A stretch of 52,821 bases of DNA from Klebsiella phage KMI8, in the sequence record MN101222.1, one strand, 5' to 3'. The notes beneath the pieces are model-generated. The model did not search any database. It saw only the letters and a list, made by a program, of their open reading frames with translations, and had not been told where the DNA came from. Made by a program: the position numbers and the translations under genes. The number at the start of each line of letters is the position of its first letter. Position 1 is the first letter of the stretch. This document shows positions 37,050-45,453 of this stretch, piece after piece.

Positions 37050-37265
37050 ATGAGAGAATTCATCAACGCCGCGACCACTGGCGGCGGTGGTGTAACTGCT
37101 GGGGGCGTCTTCTCCGGGCAGTTAATCATTGCGCTAGCTGGTCTAATTTTAATGGCATGTTTCGGTTCATGGGGCGCATATCTGCGCTGGAAAGATTCAA
37201 AAGCATTGCGGGAGGCGCTAGACGCTGGCGACATTCGAACGGCAATCAAGATCAGGAGTAAGTAA
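37050..37265 (+). CDS. Holin
   Basis: 71 aa, FSGQLIIALAGLILMACFGSWGAYL membrane segment and charged tail, directly before endolysin. Confidence 0.7.
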   Translation: MREFINAATTGGGGVTAGGVFSGQLIIALAGLILMACFGSWGAYLRWKDSKALREALDAGDIRTAIKIRSK

Positions 37266-37266
37266 C

Positions 37267-37752
37267 ATGATGACGCCGAACCAAATCAAAACCACGCTAA
37301 CTGGCGTCATGGGGGCGACGGCGATTCTTCTTATGCAACTTGAGGGTACGCATTACGATGTTTATATTGACATTGCGGGAATCCCTACTGTATGCGAAGG
37401 CATCACCGGGCCGGATGTAATCATTGGTAAAACCTATACCCGCTATGAATGCGACAAGCTACTCGAAAAGCATATCAACGTGGCAAAGCGTGAGGTTGAT
37501 CGCGATATCAAAGTCAAGGTTCCCGACTCTTTCCGCGCGTCGATGTATAGCTTCACTTTCAACGCTGGCACTGGTGCTTATCGCTACAGCCGGATGTTGA
37601 CCCTAACCAACCAGGGGCGTTTATACGAAGCGTGCGAACAGCTTCACCGTTGGGTTTATTTTACCAACCCGAAGACGGGAAAGAAGGAAGTTTCAAAGGG
37701 GCTGAAGAATCGCCGCGCAACCGAGTTTAAAACCTGCATTAAGGATCTGTAA
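37267..37752 (+). CDS. Lysozyme-type endolysin, probable SAR endolysin (GH24)
   Basis: E-8-D-5-T catalytic pattern EGTHYDVYIDIAGIPT after weakly hydrophobic N-terminus MGATAILLMQL; CEGITG. Confidence 0.88.
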   Translation: MMTPNQIKTTLTGVMGATAILLMQLEGTHYDVYIDIAGIPTVCEGITGPDVIIGKTYTRYECDKLLEKHINVAKREVDRDIKVKVPDSFRASMYSFTFNAGTGAYRYSRMLTLTNQGRLYEACEQLHRWVYFTNPKTGKKEVSKGLKNRRATEFKTCIKDL

Positions 37753-38145
37753 ATGAAAAGACATTACTTACTTGTTCCACTCCTGGCGCTGGCACTTTCT
37801 GGATGCTCCGCGACTTCCGCGTTAACTGGCCTGATTGGTCAAAAGCCAGATATCACGGCGCAAGCTGGTGCTGAAAACGTTAAGCAAACGGTAGGGGTTA
37901 CAGCGAAGCAGGACGCATCAAGCGAGCAGCGAACCGAAGTCAAGGATTCGGTTGTCGGAAAGGTCGATAGCTCCGCACGCAAGCGGGAGAACGCAACCAG
38001 CATTACCGCCGACACTATCACCGCCGATAAAATCGAGGTTCACAACTCGGACAGCGGTTTAGGGTTCGCGCTAATCGGCGCTACTCTCCTGGCGATTCTC
38101 GTTTCCCTGCTGTACCTATTCCGCAAACAAAAAAAGGAGCCGTAA
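37753..38145 (+). CDS. Unimolecular spanin (T1 gp11-like)
   Basis: lipobox LALALSGCSA at N-terminus and C-terminal TM LGFALIGATLLAILVSLLYLF. Confidence 0.85.
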   Translation: MKRHYLLVPLLALALSGCSATSALTGLIGQKPDITAQAGAENVKQTVGVTAKQDASSEQRTEVKDSVVGKVDSSARKRENATSITADTITADKIEVHNSDSGLGFALIGATLLAILVSLLYLFRKQKKEP

Positions 38146-38155
38146 GGCTCCTTTG
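38131..38155. terminator. Bidirectional terminator overlapping spanin stop codon
   Basis: AAAAAAGGAGCC-GTAA-GGCTCCTTTG. Confidence 0.75.
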
Positions 38156-38156
38156 T

Positions 38157-38375
38157 TCATTCGTAAATTCGGACGTTCATCAAGAGAACACCATCACGAT
38201 CGTGAAGGTTGTGTTCTTTCTGCTGCGTCGCGCGCATTGCAGTATGTAGCAAGTTGAGCGCGACACTGAAGAATTGCTCTGGTGAGATCTGACGGATTGC
38301 CACCAGTCGATGAACCTCCGATATCATCCCTTCTACACTCTCCCCTGAATAGCGCTTCATCATTGAGTTTTTCAA
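38157..38375 (-). CDS. Small hypothetical protein overlapping 38194..38676
   Basis: 72 aa, ATG candidates around 38360; more protein-like than the overlapped tail of the other ORF. Confidence 0.4.
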   Translation of the reverse strand: MKNSMMKRYSGESVEGMISEVHRLVAIRQISPEQFFSVALNLLHTAMRATQQKEHNLHDRDGVLLMNVRIYE

Positions 38376-38676
38376 CGTTCATCATCTCCAGCATGTATCG
38401 GCTATCGCGACCCTTGAACGATTCGAATTCAAAGTTCACAGGGCGCTTGTCTGGCCCGTTAGAGTTTGCGTAACCCTCATTAATGTTAAGATATCCGAGG
38501 GTAGCCCATCGGGCCATGACCTCTTTCGATACCATCGAAGCAAAGAAGCGGGGCGTAACTCCCGCCGCCCTTGCCAGCCTGGAGCACTCGCGATGATTGA
38601 ACACGAAGCGCGCCAAGTGCTGGCGGTTGAATCGCCTCCAGGATTCACAGAAACGATACAGATCTAAAAGGAACAT
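38194..38676 (-). CDS. Hypothetical protein downstream of DUF3987 gene
   Basis: 160-aa ORF; N-terminal two thirds protein-like, C-terminus overlaps another ORF. Confidence 0.5.
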   Translation of the reverse strand: MFLLDLYRFCESWRRFNRQHLARFVFNHRECSRLARAAGVTPRFFASMVSKEVMARWATLGYLNINEGYANSNGPDKRPVNFEFESFKGRDSRYMLEMMNVEKLNDEALFRGECRRDDIGGSSTGGNPSDLTRAILQCRAQLATYCNARDAAERTQPSRS

Positions 38677-38679
38677 AAC

Positions 38680-40266
38680 TTACCCCAATAGAGACGGATT
38701 TAGAAACACATTATCATCGACGACGCAAATCATATTTAATTCTTGCAATCGCGGAAGAATCACTTCCTTCATCTTTTTAGTTGTCCCGGCCTGGCCTTTG
38801 AAGATCTGTAAATTGCGCACCGCGTTGTAAAGCACACGGTATCCGATATAACCGCCCTTGAGAGACTTCGCGCGTTTTGTGATCGTGTCATACACCGCCT
38901 TAAGCTCTGCGCTTTCACCTGCAAAACCAGAAGCATCGGCGGAGCTAAGGTAAGTCTTGCTCAACTCATGAAACATCAAGATCGCCTCTTCGATCGTGTC
39001 AACTTCAATCTCTCGCGATTTCTTCGGCTGGCCTTTGTCGTCGCTCCAGTTACGTATAGTATGCAACACGGAAGCGATTCTTAAAACCTGCTTATCAAAC
39101 TTACCCATAGCGCCGCGCAACATGGTGTGGGAATACTTGCCACCATCGGCAAGATCTGGTTCCAACTCCTGGCGCGCCCGGTTAAGTCTTCGCATACCAG
39201 CAACCGTGACCTTCAGCTTTACATCCTGCTCCGTCATGATGTTATGAATCAGCCGGAAATATTGCGCTTTCAGCTCCTGGTTAACTGGTTCATACGTGCT
39301 ATCTCCGTCATCGTTGACGAACTTTCGGCGACCTAAAAACGATTCCTCGCGAACCAGCAAGAAACGTTCAGAAACACCGATACCGCGCGAGCCAGCTTGC
39401 ATGATGGCGTCGATCGTTTCATCCTGAGCGATTACCGAAATGCAACCAGAAGCAACGAAGCTCATGTTGTTTTCAGCATTCGATCGAGCGATTGACACGT
39501 GGCCCATATCCCACGCCTTGAGCACAAGTTCACTGTTCGTCTTGCGGCTCGCGTCGGCGTAAGTCATGCCTAGCAGTGAGTTAACGCTCGTTGCTTCATC
39601 CGAGATAACCGCAAACGTGCCTTGCTTGTTGTTTATCTTCGCCAGGCCTTCAGGCGTTGTATCGGATACCGGAAAAACGATATCGCATAGCCTTTCTAGA
39701 TCGTCGTTGCACTTATCGAGATCCTCATACAAAACAGCCATATCACTTGCGGCCTTCTCGCCTTTCATCTCGTTCTTAATCGCTGAGATCTTAGCGAGAA
39801 TCTTCTTGCGCTCCTTCTTGCGCTCTTCGTTGATACGATCGACCTCCGCAACAATTGGGGCAATTGCAAGCGAGTTAATAGCCGATTTCCCCGTCGATGG
39901 CGGCTGACTGGTTACAACGTAAAGCGATGTAGGCTGATCGGTTCCGTGGTACTCAACATAAAAGCGCCCCAGCATCGCAGACGACACAACCCCCAAGAAA
40001 TGCATATAAGCTGACGACTCCGGGAATTGAACCGAAGCGGAGATGTTGAGCGCCAGGCGTCCGACGATATCATAATCGTTTGCGATCGAGATTAGCGGGT
40101 ACTTTTCGTTATCTCCTTCGATCTCTCTAACCTTGCCCCAAAAAGAAAACGAAGAGCGATAGCCGTTGTTTTTGATTGACACATAAACAGCGGATAGCCC
40201 TTGCGATTCTGAGATAGCAAGAATTTGTTGAGGCGATAAACGATCGTCTCTCATGTCGTTGTACAT
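38680..40266 (-). CDS. DUF3987-type P-loop ATPase (helicase/primase-associated)
   Basis: VTSQPPSTGKSAI Walker A, GTFAVISDEA Walker B-like. Confidence 0.75.
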   Translation of the reverse strand: MYNDMRDDRLSPQQILAISESQGLSAVYVSIKNNGYRSSFSFWGKVREIEGDNEKYPLISIANDYDIVGRLALNISASVQFPESSAYMHFLGVVSSAMLGRFYVEYHGTDQPTSLYVVTSQPPSTGKSAINSLAIAPIVAEVDRINEERKKERKKILAKISAIKNEMKGEKAASDMAVLYEDLDKCNDDLERLCDIVFPVSDTTPEGLAKINNKQGTFAVISDEATSVNSLLGMTYADASRKTNSELVLKAWDMGHVSIARSNAENNMSFVASGCISVIAQDETIDAIMQAGSRGIGVSERFLLVREESFLGRRKFVNDDGDSTYEPVNQELKAQYFRLIHNIMTEQDVKLKVTVAGMRRLNRARQELEPDLADGGKYSHTMLRGAMGKFDKQVLRIASVLHTIRNWSDDKGQPKKSREIEVDTIEEAILMFHELSKTYLSSADASGFAGESAELKAVYDTITKRAKSLKGGYIGYRVLYNAVRNLQIFKGQAGTTKKMKEVILPRLQELNMICVVDDNVFLNPSLLG

Positions 40267-40389
40267 AAAAAGCTCCTGTTACGTGGAAAGGTGAAACCAT
40301 TATCCACATTTACACAATCAAGATCCAATGAATTATAGTAAGACGCCTCGAAAAGCGCCTAACGATAATGGGGCCGAAGCCCCAGCCAA

Positions 40390-40827
40390 TCAGAGATATT
40401 TGGCTTCGAACGTGGTTCCATCGGCGATCGAGAAGCCGACCTCTTCGCGGAACAGAGTCCAGCGGCAACCGTCATTATCGAAGATATACCCGGCTACGCC
40501 GCCCAGCGCGCGACCGCTTTCAACCTGGTAGCGCTTGCCAACCGTGAATGATTTCTTCACCGGGTTTTTGTGATCTAGCGCCATACACTTAAGCGTTTTG
40601 GTTTTCAGTTCGACAAACGTAGCCGCGACAACGCCTCCGATACCGCTAAGGAATATCTGACCACATACGCCAACTGATAAATCGATGCGCTTCTTCTTCT
40701 GTTCGGCGGTGCAATAAACTGTCACCGTCATGCGTCCTTCATCATTAACGCTGACCTTGTACATGTTATTCTCTTTGAACTTCGGAGCGATGGAAGAGGT
40801 GCATTTAACGCGGATAGTTTTAGACAT
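40390..40827 (-). CDS. Two-copy member of dispersed small-domain family
   Basis: IRVKCTSSIAPKFKENNMYKVSVND... and LKCMALDHKNPVKKSFTVGKRYQVESG... Confidence 0.65.
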   Translation of the reverse strand: MSKTIRVKCTSSIAPKFKENNMYKVSVNDEGRMTVTVYCTAEQKKKRIDLSVGVCGQIFLSGIGGVVAATFVELKTKTLKCMALDHKNPVKKSFTVGKRYQVESGRALGGVAGYIFDNDGCRWTLFREEVGFSIADGTTFEAKYL

Positions 40828-40861
40828 TTCTTTATTTCCCTTTTGTATTTGGTATGGAAGG

Positions 40862-40904
40862 ATAATACCCGATCTTGCGATCGGGCATTTATCAATTCGT
40901 GCTA
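40862..40904 (-). promoter_or_regulatory. Dispersed-motif promoter, leftward
   Basis: minus strand TAGCACGAATTGATA, 22 nt, TATTAT. Confidence 0.7.
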
Positions 40905-41579
40905 TTTGTAGAACCAGTTCGCTTCGAATACAGCGCGAGCGAATCCGCGAGGGGTAATTGACCGAAGCATTTTGGTGCGCTCTGACTTGCCGCCTAGGAA
41001 CTTCCAGGCCCAGAAAAAGCCAATGGAATCAACAGGTTTACGTTTCGGCTCTTTAAAACCATTGCCGCACCAGATGCAAGTTTTTTTATTGTACGCGTCC
41101 TGGTGTGGCATTTTTTGGTGCCAAACTTCTTCTTCAGGCCGCATATATCCGCCGAACTCACACGGATGGAAATAGAAATCAGGCTTACGCCATAGAGTAG
41201 ATAATTTACCCACGGGGTTTTCAACCATCCACGGGCAATCAAAGTTAATGCCAAGCGCCTCAATCATTTTCGCATTATCGACCGACACACTTAGAGCATC
41301 ATCCGCCCTGGAATGCTTCGCGCCACTATGGGCTAAGTCAGTGCATGAAGGGAAGGCGAAAATAATATCCGGGTTCGGAATATCCAGCGCCGCAACGTTC
41401 ATCGGGAAATAGTCATCTATCCACATATTTACATATTCAATATTTGGATGTTCCATGCGAATTTTATATTCGCCGTGGTCGCCGGAATCAGCGTTGAAGC
41501 AATACACCTTTGCGCCGCGCTCCGCCCAGGGAAGCCCCATAATCCCGGAGCCGTCGAACAAACACCATACAGTTCTCAT
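40902..41579 (-). CDS. Divergent C5-cytosine-methyltransferase-like DNA methylase
   Basis: FAFPSCTDLAHSG (motif IV-like Cys), MVENPVGKLS (ENP), LFDGSGIMGLPW (FxGxG-like). Confidence 0.7.
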   Translation of the reverse strand: MRTVWCLFDGSGIMGLPWAERGAKVYCFNADSGDHGEYKIRMEHPNIEYVNMWIDDYFPMNVAALDIPNPDIIFAFPSCTDLAHSGAKHSRADDALSVSVDNAKMIEALGINFDCPWMVENPVGKLSTLWRKPDFYFHPCEFGGYMRPEEEVWHQKMPHQDAYNKKTCIWCGNGFKEPKRKPVDSIGFFWAWKFLGGKSERTKMLRSITPRGFARAVFEANWFYK

Positions 41580-41809
41580 TCCTTAACCTCCTGGAATGTT
41601 GCCACGCCTAACACGGCCCAATAGTCAGGCCAGCCGCGCACCGCTTGCCAGGTTACGCCGCCTAACTTGCGCTCGCGGTCGCCGTCGATGCTCAACTCAT
41701 CGCGAACGCCTTTGATTGTGTTCGCGTCATAAACCTTGCCATTCGTGAAGAACGGAAGTTTCTTATCGCCGGGGGCGATCGAACCAGTACATTTAAGTTT
41801 GATTACCAC
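41576..41809 (-). CDS. Small member of dispersed C...F..G..Y family
   Basis: IKLKCTGSIAPGDKKLPFFTNGKVYDAN. Confidence 0.6.
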   Translation of the reverse strand: MVIKLKCTGSIAPGDKKLPFFTNGKVYDANTIKGVRDELSIDGDRERKLGGVTWQAVRGWPDYWAVLGVATFQEVKE

Positions 41810-42003
41810 GGTATAAAATCTCCATCATCAAAGGAATAAGTGTCGATCACATCATCGAGATCATCGGTAAAAGGAAGGCTTTCTTCGTCCATATCCATAT
41901 CGCCCAAGGCTTCGGATAGTGACATATAGCCGCAAGCAACCGCCATTGCGTAATCGGTGTTCAGACCAGCATCAAGCGCCGCGTGAAATAATTTCTCATC
42001 CAT
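41803..42003 (-). CDS. Highly acidic small protein
   Basis: 66 aa with 14 Asp, 4 Glu, 1 Lys, no Arg. Confidence 0.6.
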   Translation of the reverse strand: MDEKLFHAALDAGLNTDYAMAVACGYMSLSEALGDMDMDEESLPFTDDLDDVIDTYSFDDGDFIPW

Positions 42004-42373
42004 TTTGAACCGCCTTTTTATATTCGCGCAACTTAGCCGCGCATGACTTTGAACAGGTCTTACCCCAACCGCGAGCCAGATCCGAGCGCTTGACCTTGTA
42101 GACTCTCCCGCACGCCGGAGCCTCGCAGCACTTCATTTCAGTAGCTGATTTGCGGGGCGCGGAACAATCCGCCTTTGCCTTTTGGCTTGAACCAGTCAGT
42201 GAACCATCACCGGGGCTTTTTGTTGACCAGAACAATTGAACCTTCGCCACTTCTTCGCCGTGTTCGTTGATGAACATGTAAACACCTTTGCTCTTCAGCG
42301 CTATAACGCAGTGATGCATCTCGCCGTTAACTTCGACGTATGCGCGATCGCCTTCTTTCATTATGCGTACCAC
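41996..42373 (-). CDS. Hypothetical protein with C-terminal Cys cluster (zinc-binding?)
   Basis: CCEAPACGRVYKVKRSDLARGWGKTCSKSCA. Confidence 0.65.
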   Translation of the reverse strand: MVRIMKEGDRAYVEVNGEMHHCVIALKSKGVYMFINEHGEEVAKVQLFWSTKSPGDGSLTGSSQKAKADCSAPRKSATEMKCCEAPACGRVYKVKRSDLARGWGKTCSKSCAAKLREYKKAVQNG

Positions 42374-42588
42374 TTTTCAATGTACACGCGGTTATCGGTA
42401 AGCAGAACGGAAACCTGCATCTCGTTCATTGCCACCACGCGAGAGCCTGGAACGGTGCCAACCGCAAAAGCGCCATTGGCTCGTTTGGTGATCGTGATCT
42501 GAGTCATGCCGGAAGCTTTATCCAGACGAACAACGCAACGGCCTTTCTTCGCTACCAGTGCCAGGATACCCATAACTTTGCAATTCAT
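42361..42588 (-). CDS. Hypothetical small protein
   Basis: ATG at 42588 with GGAG upstream, overlap with next gene. Confidence 0.55.
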   Translation of the reverse strand: MNCKVMGILALVAKKGRCVVRLDKASGMTQITITKRANGAFAVGTVPGSRVVAMNEMQVSVLLTDNRVYIEKWYA

Positions 42589-42620
42589 CTTTACTACTCC
42601 ATTTTGTTTGGTGTGGGGAT

Positions 42621-42664
42621 AATATAGCATCATCCCCGATCGGTTGTTTTAGCAAAAAGTGCTA
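42621..42664 (-). promoter_or_regulatory. Dispersed-motif promoter, leftward
   Basis: minus strand TAGCACTTTTTGCTA, 23 nt, TATATT. Confidence 0.65.
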
Positions 42665-42949
42665 TACGAAAGATAATTCAACGTAGCCATTGCGATAGAA
42701 CCGCAACTTGATGATCCCGTAATGGTACACAACATCAACCACTTCTTCGCCCATAAGATCGAGCAGGCGTCGCTGATTGTTGAAGGTGCAATTGTCCCGG
42801 AACATCTGATTAATCCCGTGAGTCTTAACCAGCGCCTGGATTGACTCCTTTACATTGATGTAATCCAGGTAACGGTGATGTGCACGCATCAAGATTCGCG
42901 CATGATTCATTTCGTTGCGTGCCTTCTTCAGTTCGATGATGCTAGCCAT
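42662..42949 (-). CDS. Hypothetical protein
   Basis: 95 aa, packed between neighbours. Confidence 0.55.
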   Translation of the reverse strand: MASIIELKKARNEMNHARILMRAHHRYLDYINVKESIQALVKTHGINQMFRDNCTFNNQRRLLDLMGEEVVDVVYHYGIIKLRFYRNGYVELSFV

Positions 42950-43375
42950 TTACTTTACCCCGTCGAATGTGATGTATGATTGTTGGATGTTCATGAATAC
43001 GCCCACGCGCTTAACGGAATCACCCAATTGCGAGATATCCATCTCTTCGCGCTCGATCTGGAATTGACCCACGAAACAGATCTCTCGTTTGGTCTTCAGG
43101 TCTTGAATTACGAATCGCTGCCCTGACAGGTCAATCACCCGGAACGGGATTCCTTCGTGGTATTCGTGATTCCCGGCATCAAGGATTGAATCGGCGTTGC
43201 AGTCCTGAAGGCTCGGAACCCGGTAGAATCGGCAGATCGCACGCTCTACCGCATCGCGGATAAGTCGCCCATGTGATTGAGCCGCATTAACGCCAAGCTC
43301 TCGGATCTGACTGGTTGTCGCCAGGTTGGGCTGATAGCTGTAACCGCCAGCGATATTGAAATGTTTGTTGCTCAT
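42950..43375 (-). CDS. Hypothetical protein
   Basis: 141 aa, ATGA-type junction with upstream gene. Confidence 0.6.
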   Translation of the reverse strand: MSNKHFNIAGGYSYQPNLATTSQIRELGVNAAQSHGRLIRDAVERAICRFYRVPSLQDCNADSILDAGNHEYHEGIPFRVIDLSGQRFVIQDLKTKREICFVGQFQIEREEMDISQLGDSVKRVGVFMNIQQSYITFDGVK

Positions 43376-43596
43376 ATTTTAACCTCGTTGTATTCCGCGA
43401 ACTCGATCACGTAGATGCATTCGCGTGGATGTTCAAGGCCGCGCATAACTTCGCAGCCGTCATTGTATAGCAGGCATGAGTTGCAATCACCTCCGCCCGC
43501 TTTCGATTCAACTATCGCCAGGCCATTGCACTTGCCGCCGCCCCAACGATGCGGGAAGTCATAAGCCATGCAATCACAAGTGACCTGTTTACGCAT
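43372..43596 (-). CDS. Hypothetical Cys-rich protein
   Basis: internal ATG (MRKQVTCDCMAYDFPHRWGGGKCNGL...GGGDCNSCLLY), Cys pairs suggest zinc or Fe-S binding. Confidence 0.6.
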   Translation of the reverse strand: MRKQVTCDCMAYDFPHRWGGGKCNGLAIVESKAGGGDCNSCLLYNDGCEVMRGLEHPRECIYVIEFAEYNEVKI

Positions 43597-43600
43597 GGCT

Positions 43601-43876
43601 CTACCCCACGATACGTTTTCCGGTACTACCGAGGAAGCGATTAAGCTTACCCCTTGATTCGGTAGCGCGCTCTCTTGAACGGAACCTCTCCAGGTAGTAA
43701 GTATCGACACCCATCACAAGAGTGTCATCCACACTTGACGGCCCGACAAGCCAAAGGCTATACGTCTGCTTGTCAAGCCCATAATTTACATCTTTGTTCA
43801 TGCGAACCGCTACCGGGCTGAAGCCATGCTTATCAATGAAGGCTTCCACGCGATTCAATAATTCTTGCCTTGTCAT
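43601..43876 (-). CDS. Hypothetical protein
   Basis: internal ATG MTRQELLNRVEAFIDKHGFSP. Confidence 0.6.
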   Translation of the reverse strand: MTRQELLNRVEAFIDKHGFSPVAVRMNKDVNYGLDKQTYSLWLVGPSSVDDTLVMGVDTYYLERFRSRERATESRGKLNRFLGSTGKRIVG

Positions 43877-43908
43877 TTGCTCAATCTCCGTGATTGGTTG
43901 ATGCACTC

Positions 43909-43951
43909 ACTATAACGCGATCCGATCGGTAATGTGTGGCAAAAAGTGCTA
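43909..43951 (-). promoter_or_regulatory. Dispersed-motif promoter, leftward
   Basis: minus strand TAGCACTTTTTGCCA, 22 nt, TATAGT. Confidence 0.75.
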
Positions 43952-43967
43952 TTCCAGTAGTTGCGCG

Positions 43968-44057
43968 TTATTCCACCAGATCTGGAATAATTGGAATAGT
44001 CTCGCATGGTCATTTTGACAATAGTCATTTTGACTATTTGCGATGATGGCAATAGTC
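43968..44057. promoter_or_regulatory. Operator-like palindrome cluster
   Basis: TTATTCCA-N7-TGGAATAA (43968-43990) and AATAGTCA-TTT-TGACTATT (44020-44038) plus extra AATAGTC copies at 43995 and 44051. Confidence 0.5.
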
Positions 44058-44164
44058 GCCACTCATTGTTGCTCATATTGCATTAAACGTGAGGGGGAAT
44101 GGATGGTGATTCGGTGCTCGCCTGGTGGATTTTCCAATCTTCGCCCGGAGTTTGGCTCCCTGTT

Positions 44165-44508
44165 AGGTTGGTTTGGTAATGGTTTGGTAAGGCTTAGGTA
44201 AGATAATCTTACTCAAAATCCGCTCAAATTTTGCGCAGCATAGAATATAGAATATCCTTATAATATATATACTTAGCTTTATCTATTATTATTATTACTA
44301 TGTATATATCCTTGTTAGGTAAGAATAGTAAGGGGAATGGCTATGTGTGACTGACTGTCAAGGTCATGGTGTATTCCGCTCGGATTATATCTATATATAC
44401 ATACCCCCTGAAAAATCTTACCAGGCTTACCTAACACGCTTGACGCCATGCACCGCCTGGTTTACGCTATTACCTAACACGATTACCTAGCATTACCACA
44501 CCTTACCA
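44165..44508. repeat. Second cluster of TTACC/GGTAA repeats with (TAT/TAA)n tract; candidate origin or control locus B
   Basis: about 10 TTACC/GGTAA cores in about 340 bp around an AT-rich core. Confidence 0.7.
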
Positions 44509-44528
44509 AACAAACAGGAGCTATAATT

Positions 44529-45065
44529 ATGGCTAGCATCGACAACATCATTAAGTTTACGCAGCAGGTATCGGCAGAATTCCCGAACATGGAGCCAGGC
44601 GAGCAAGCCAGGCTGGGAGCTAAACGCGCTGAAGAGTTCGAGACTCAGGAAGGGGAGCGCATCGAATCACCGTCGAAAGGCTGGAGCATGAGTCGGCAAT
44701 CAATCAGGGCAATCCTGGAGCCGTCATTCATCGCGGGCGATTACGATATCACCATTGACCGCCACGCATTCAAGCAGGAACACGGCATCGAGCTAACGTA
44801 CCAGAACTTGCGATCGGCATTTCGGGCGCACTTCAATGATGCGTATCGCGTGGTTATCCGGGAAACAGATCTTCATTTCTCAGTGACCAGGGAAGTCAAG
44901 GAGCAGGCGAGAAGCGCGCTAGATGAGGAATCGTTGCGGGCCGTCCAGGTGGAGCGGGCCAGGTTATGCGCCGCAGTCGATGAGGTGTTTAAAGACCCAA
45001 CGCCAGAACATCGGGCGCTAGCAATGGCGCTCAAGATCGTAATCAACAACGGGGGAGAGAAATAG
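44529..45065 (+). CDS. Hypothetical protein, first gene of right arm
   Basis: 178 aa, AGGAG RBS. Confidence 0.7.
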   Translation: MASIDNIIKFTQQVSAEFPNMEPGEQARLGAKRAEEFETQEGERIESPSKGWSMSRQSIRAILEPSFIAGDYDITIDRHAFKQEHGIELTYQNLRSAFRAHFNDAYRVVIRETDLHFSVTREVKEQARSALDEESLRAVQVERARLCAAVDEVFKDPTPEHRALAMALKIVINNGGEK

Positions 45066-45105
45066 CACGAATTGCTAAACATCCCTGACCGGATTTCGGT
45101 ATTAT
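45063..45105 (+). promoter_or_regulatory. Dispersed-motif promoter
   Basis: TAGCACGAATTGCTA, 22 nt, TATTAT 45100-45105. Confidence 0.75.
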
Positions 45106-45142
45106 GTATTCATCGAAACGAAGCAGGCAAAAGGAAATCATC

Positions 45143-45421
45143 ATGAACGTATCTAAGACCACAATCAACTTTGCAGCAAAACGCGGTATCTTTGTTGAGG
45201 TTGTAGAGGCTGATGAGTACGCGCCGAATGGTCGCCTTTGGTTCTTCTTCGATGAGGATGGATGCGAACCAGACCTTGCTTACATCATCGGTGCTGATGG
45301 TTCCGCCTCTTTCTCAACTGGCTATTCAATCAGCAAAGAAGTCAAGGAAGAAATTCCGGCGACTATCTTCAACGAAAAGCAGCTTCGCCAGGTTATCGAC
45401 TTCATCGCAGCCAACAACTAA
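45143..45421 (+). CDS. Hypothetical protein
   Basis: internal ATG with AAGGAA upstream. Confidence 0.6.
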   Translation: MNVSKTTINFAAKRGIFVEVVEADEYAPNGRLWFFFDEDGCEPDLAYIIGADGSASFSTGYSISKEVKEEIPATIFNEKQLRQVIDFIAANN

Positions 45422-45453
45422 GGGCCGAAAGGCCCAATCAGGGAGAATGCACA

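Noticed and set aside
40293-40345. Leftward TACTATAAT near 40.34 kb as another motif promoter
   Set aside because: The -10 is good but the sequence 22 nt upstream (ATTATCGTTA) matches the palindrome poorly; could be an independent promoter.
43873-44076. 67-aa minus-strand ORF
   Set aside because: Overlaps a motif promoter and two palindromes; KMTIVKMTMRDYSNYS is a translation of operator repeats, not a plausible protein.
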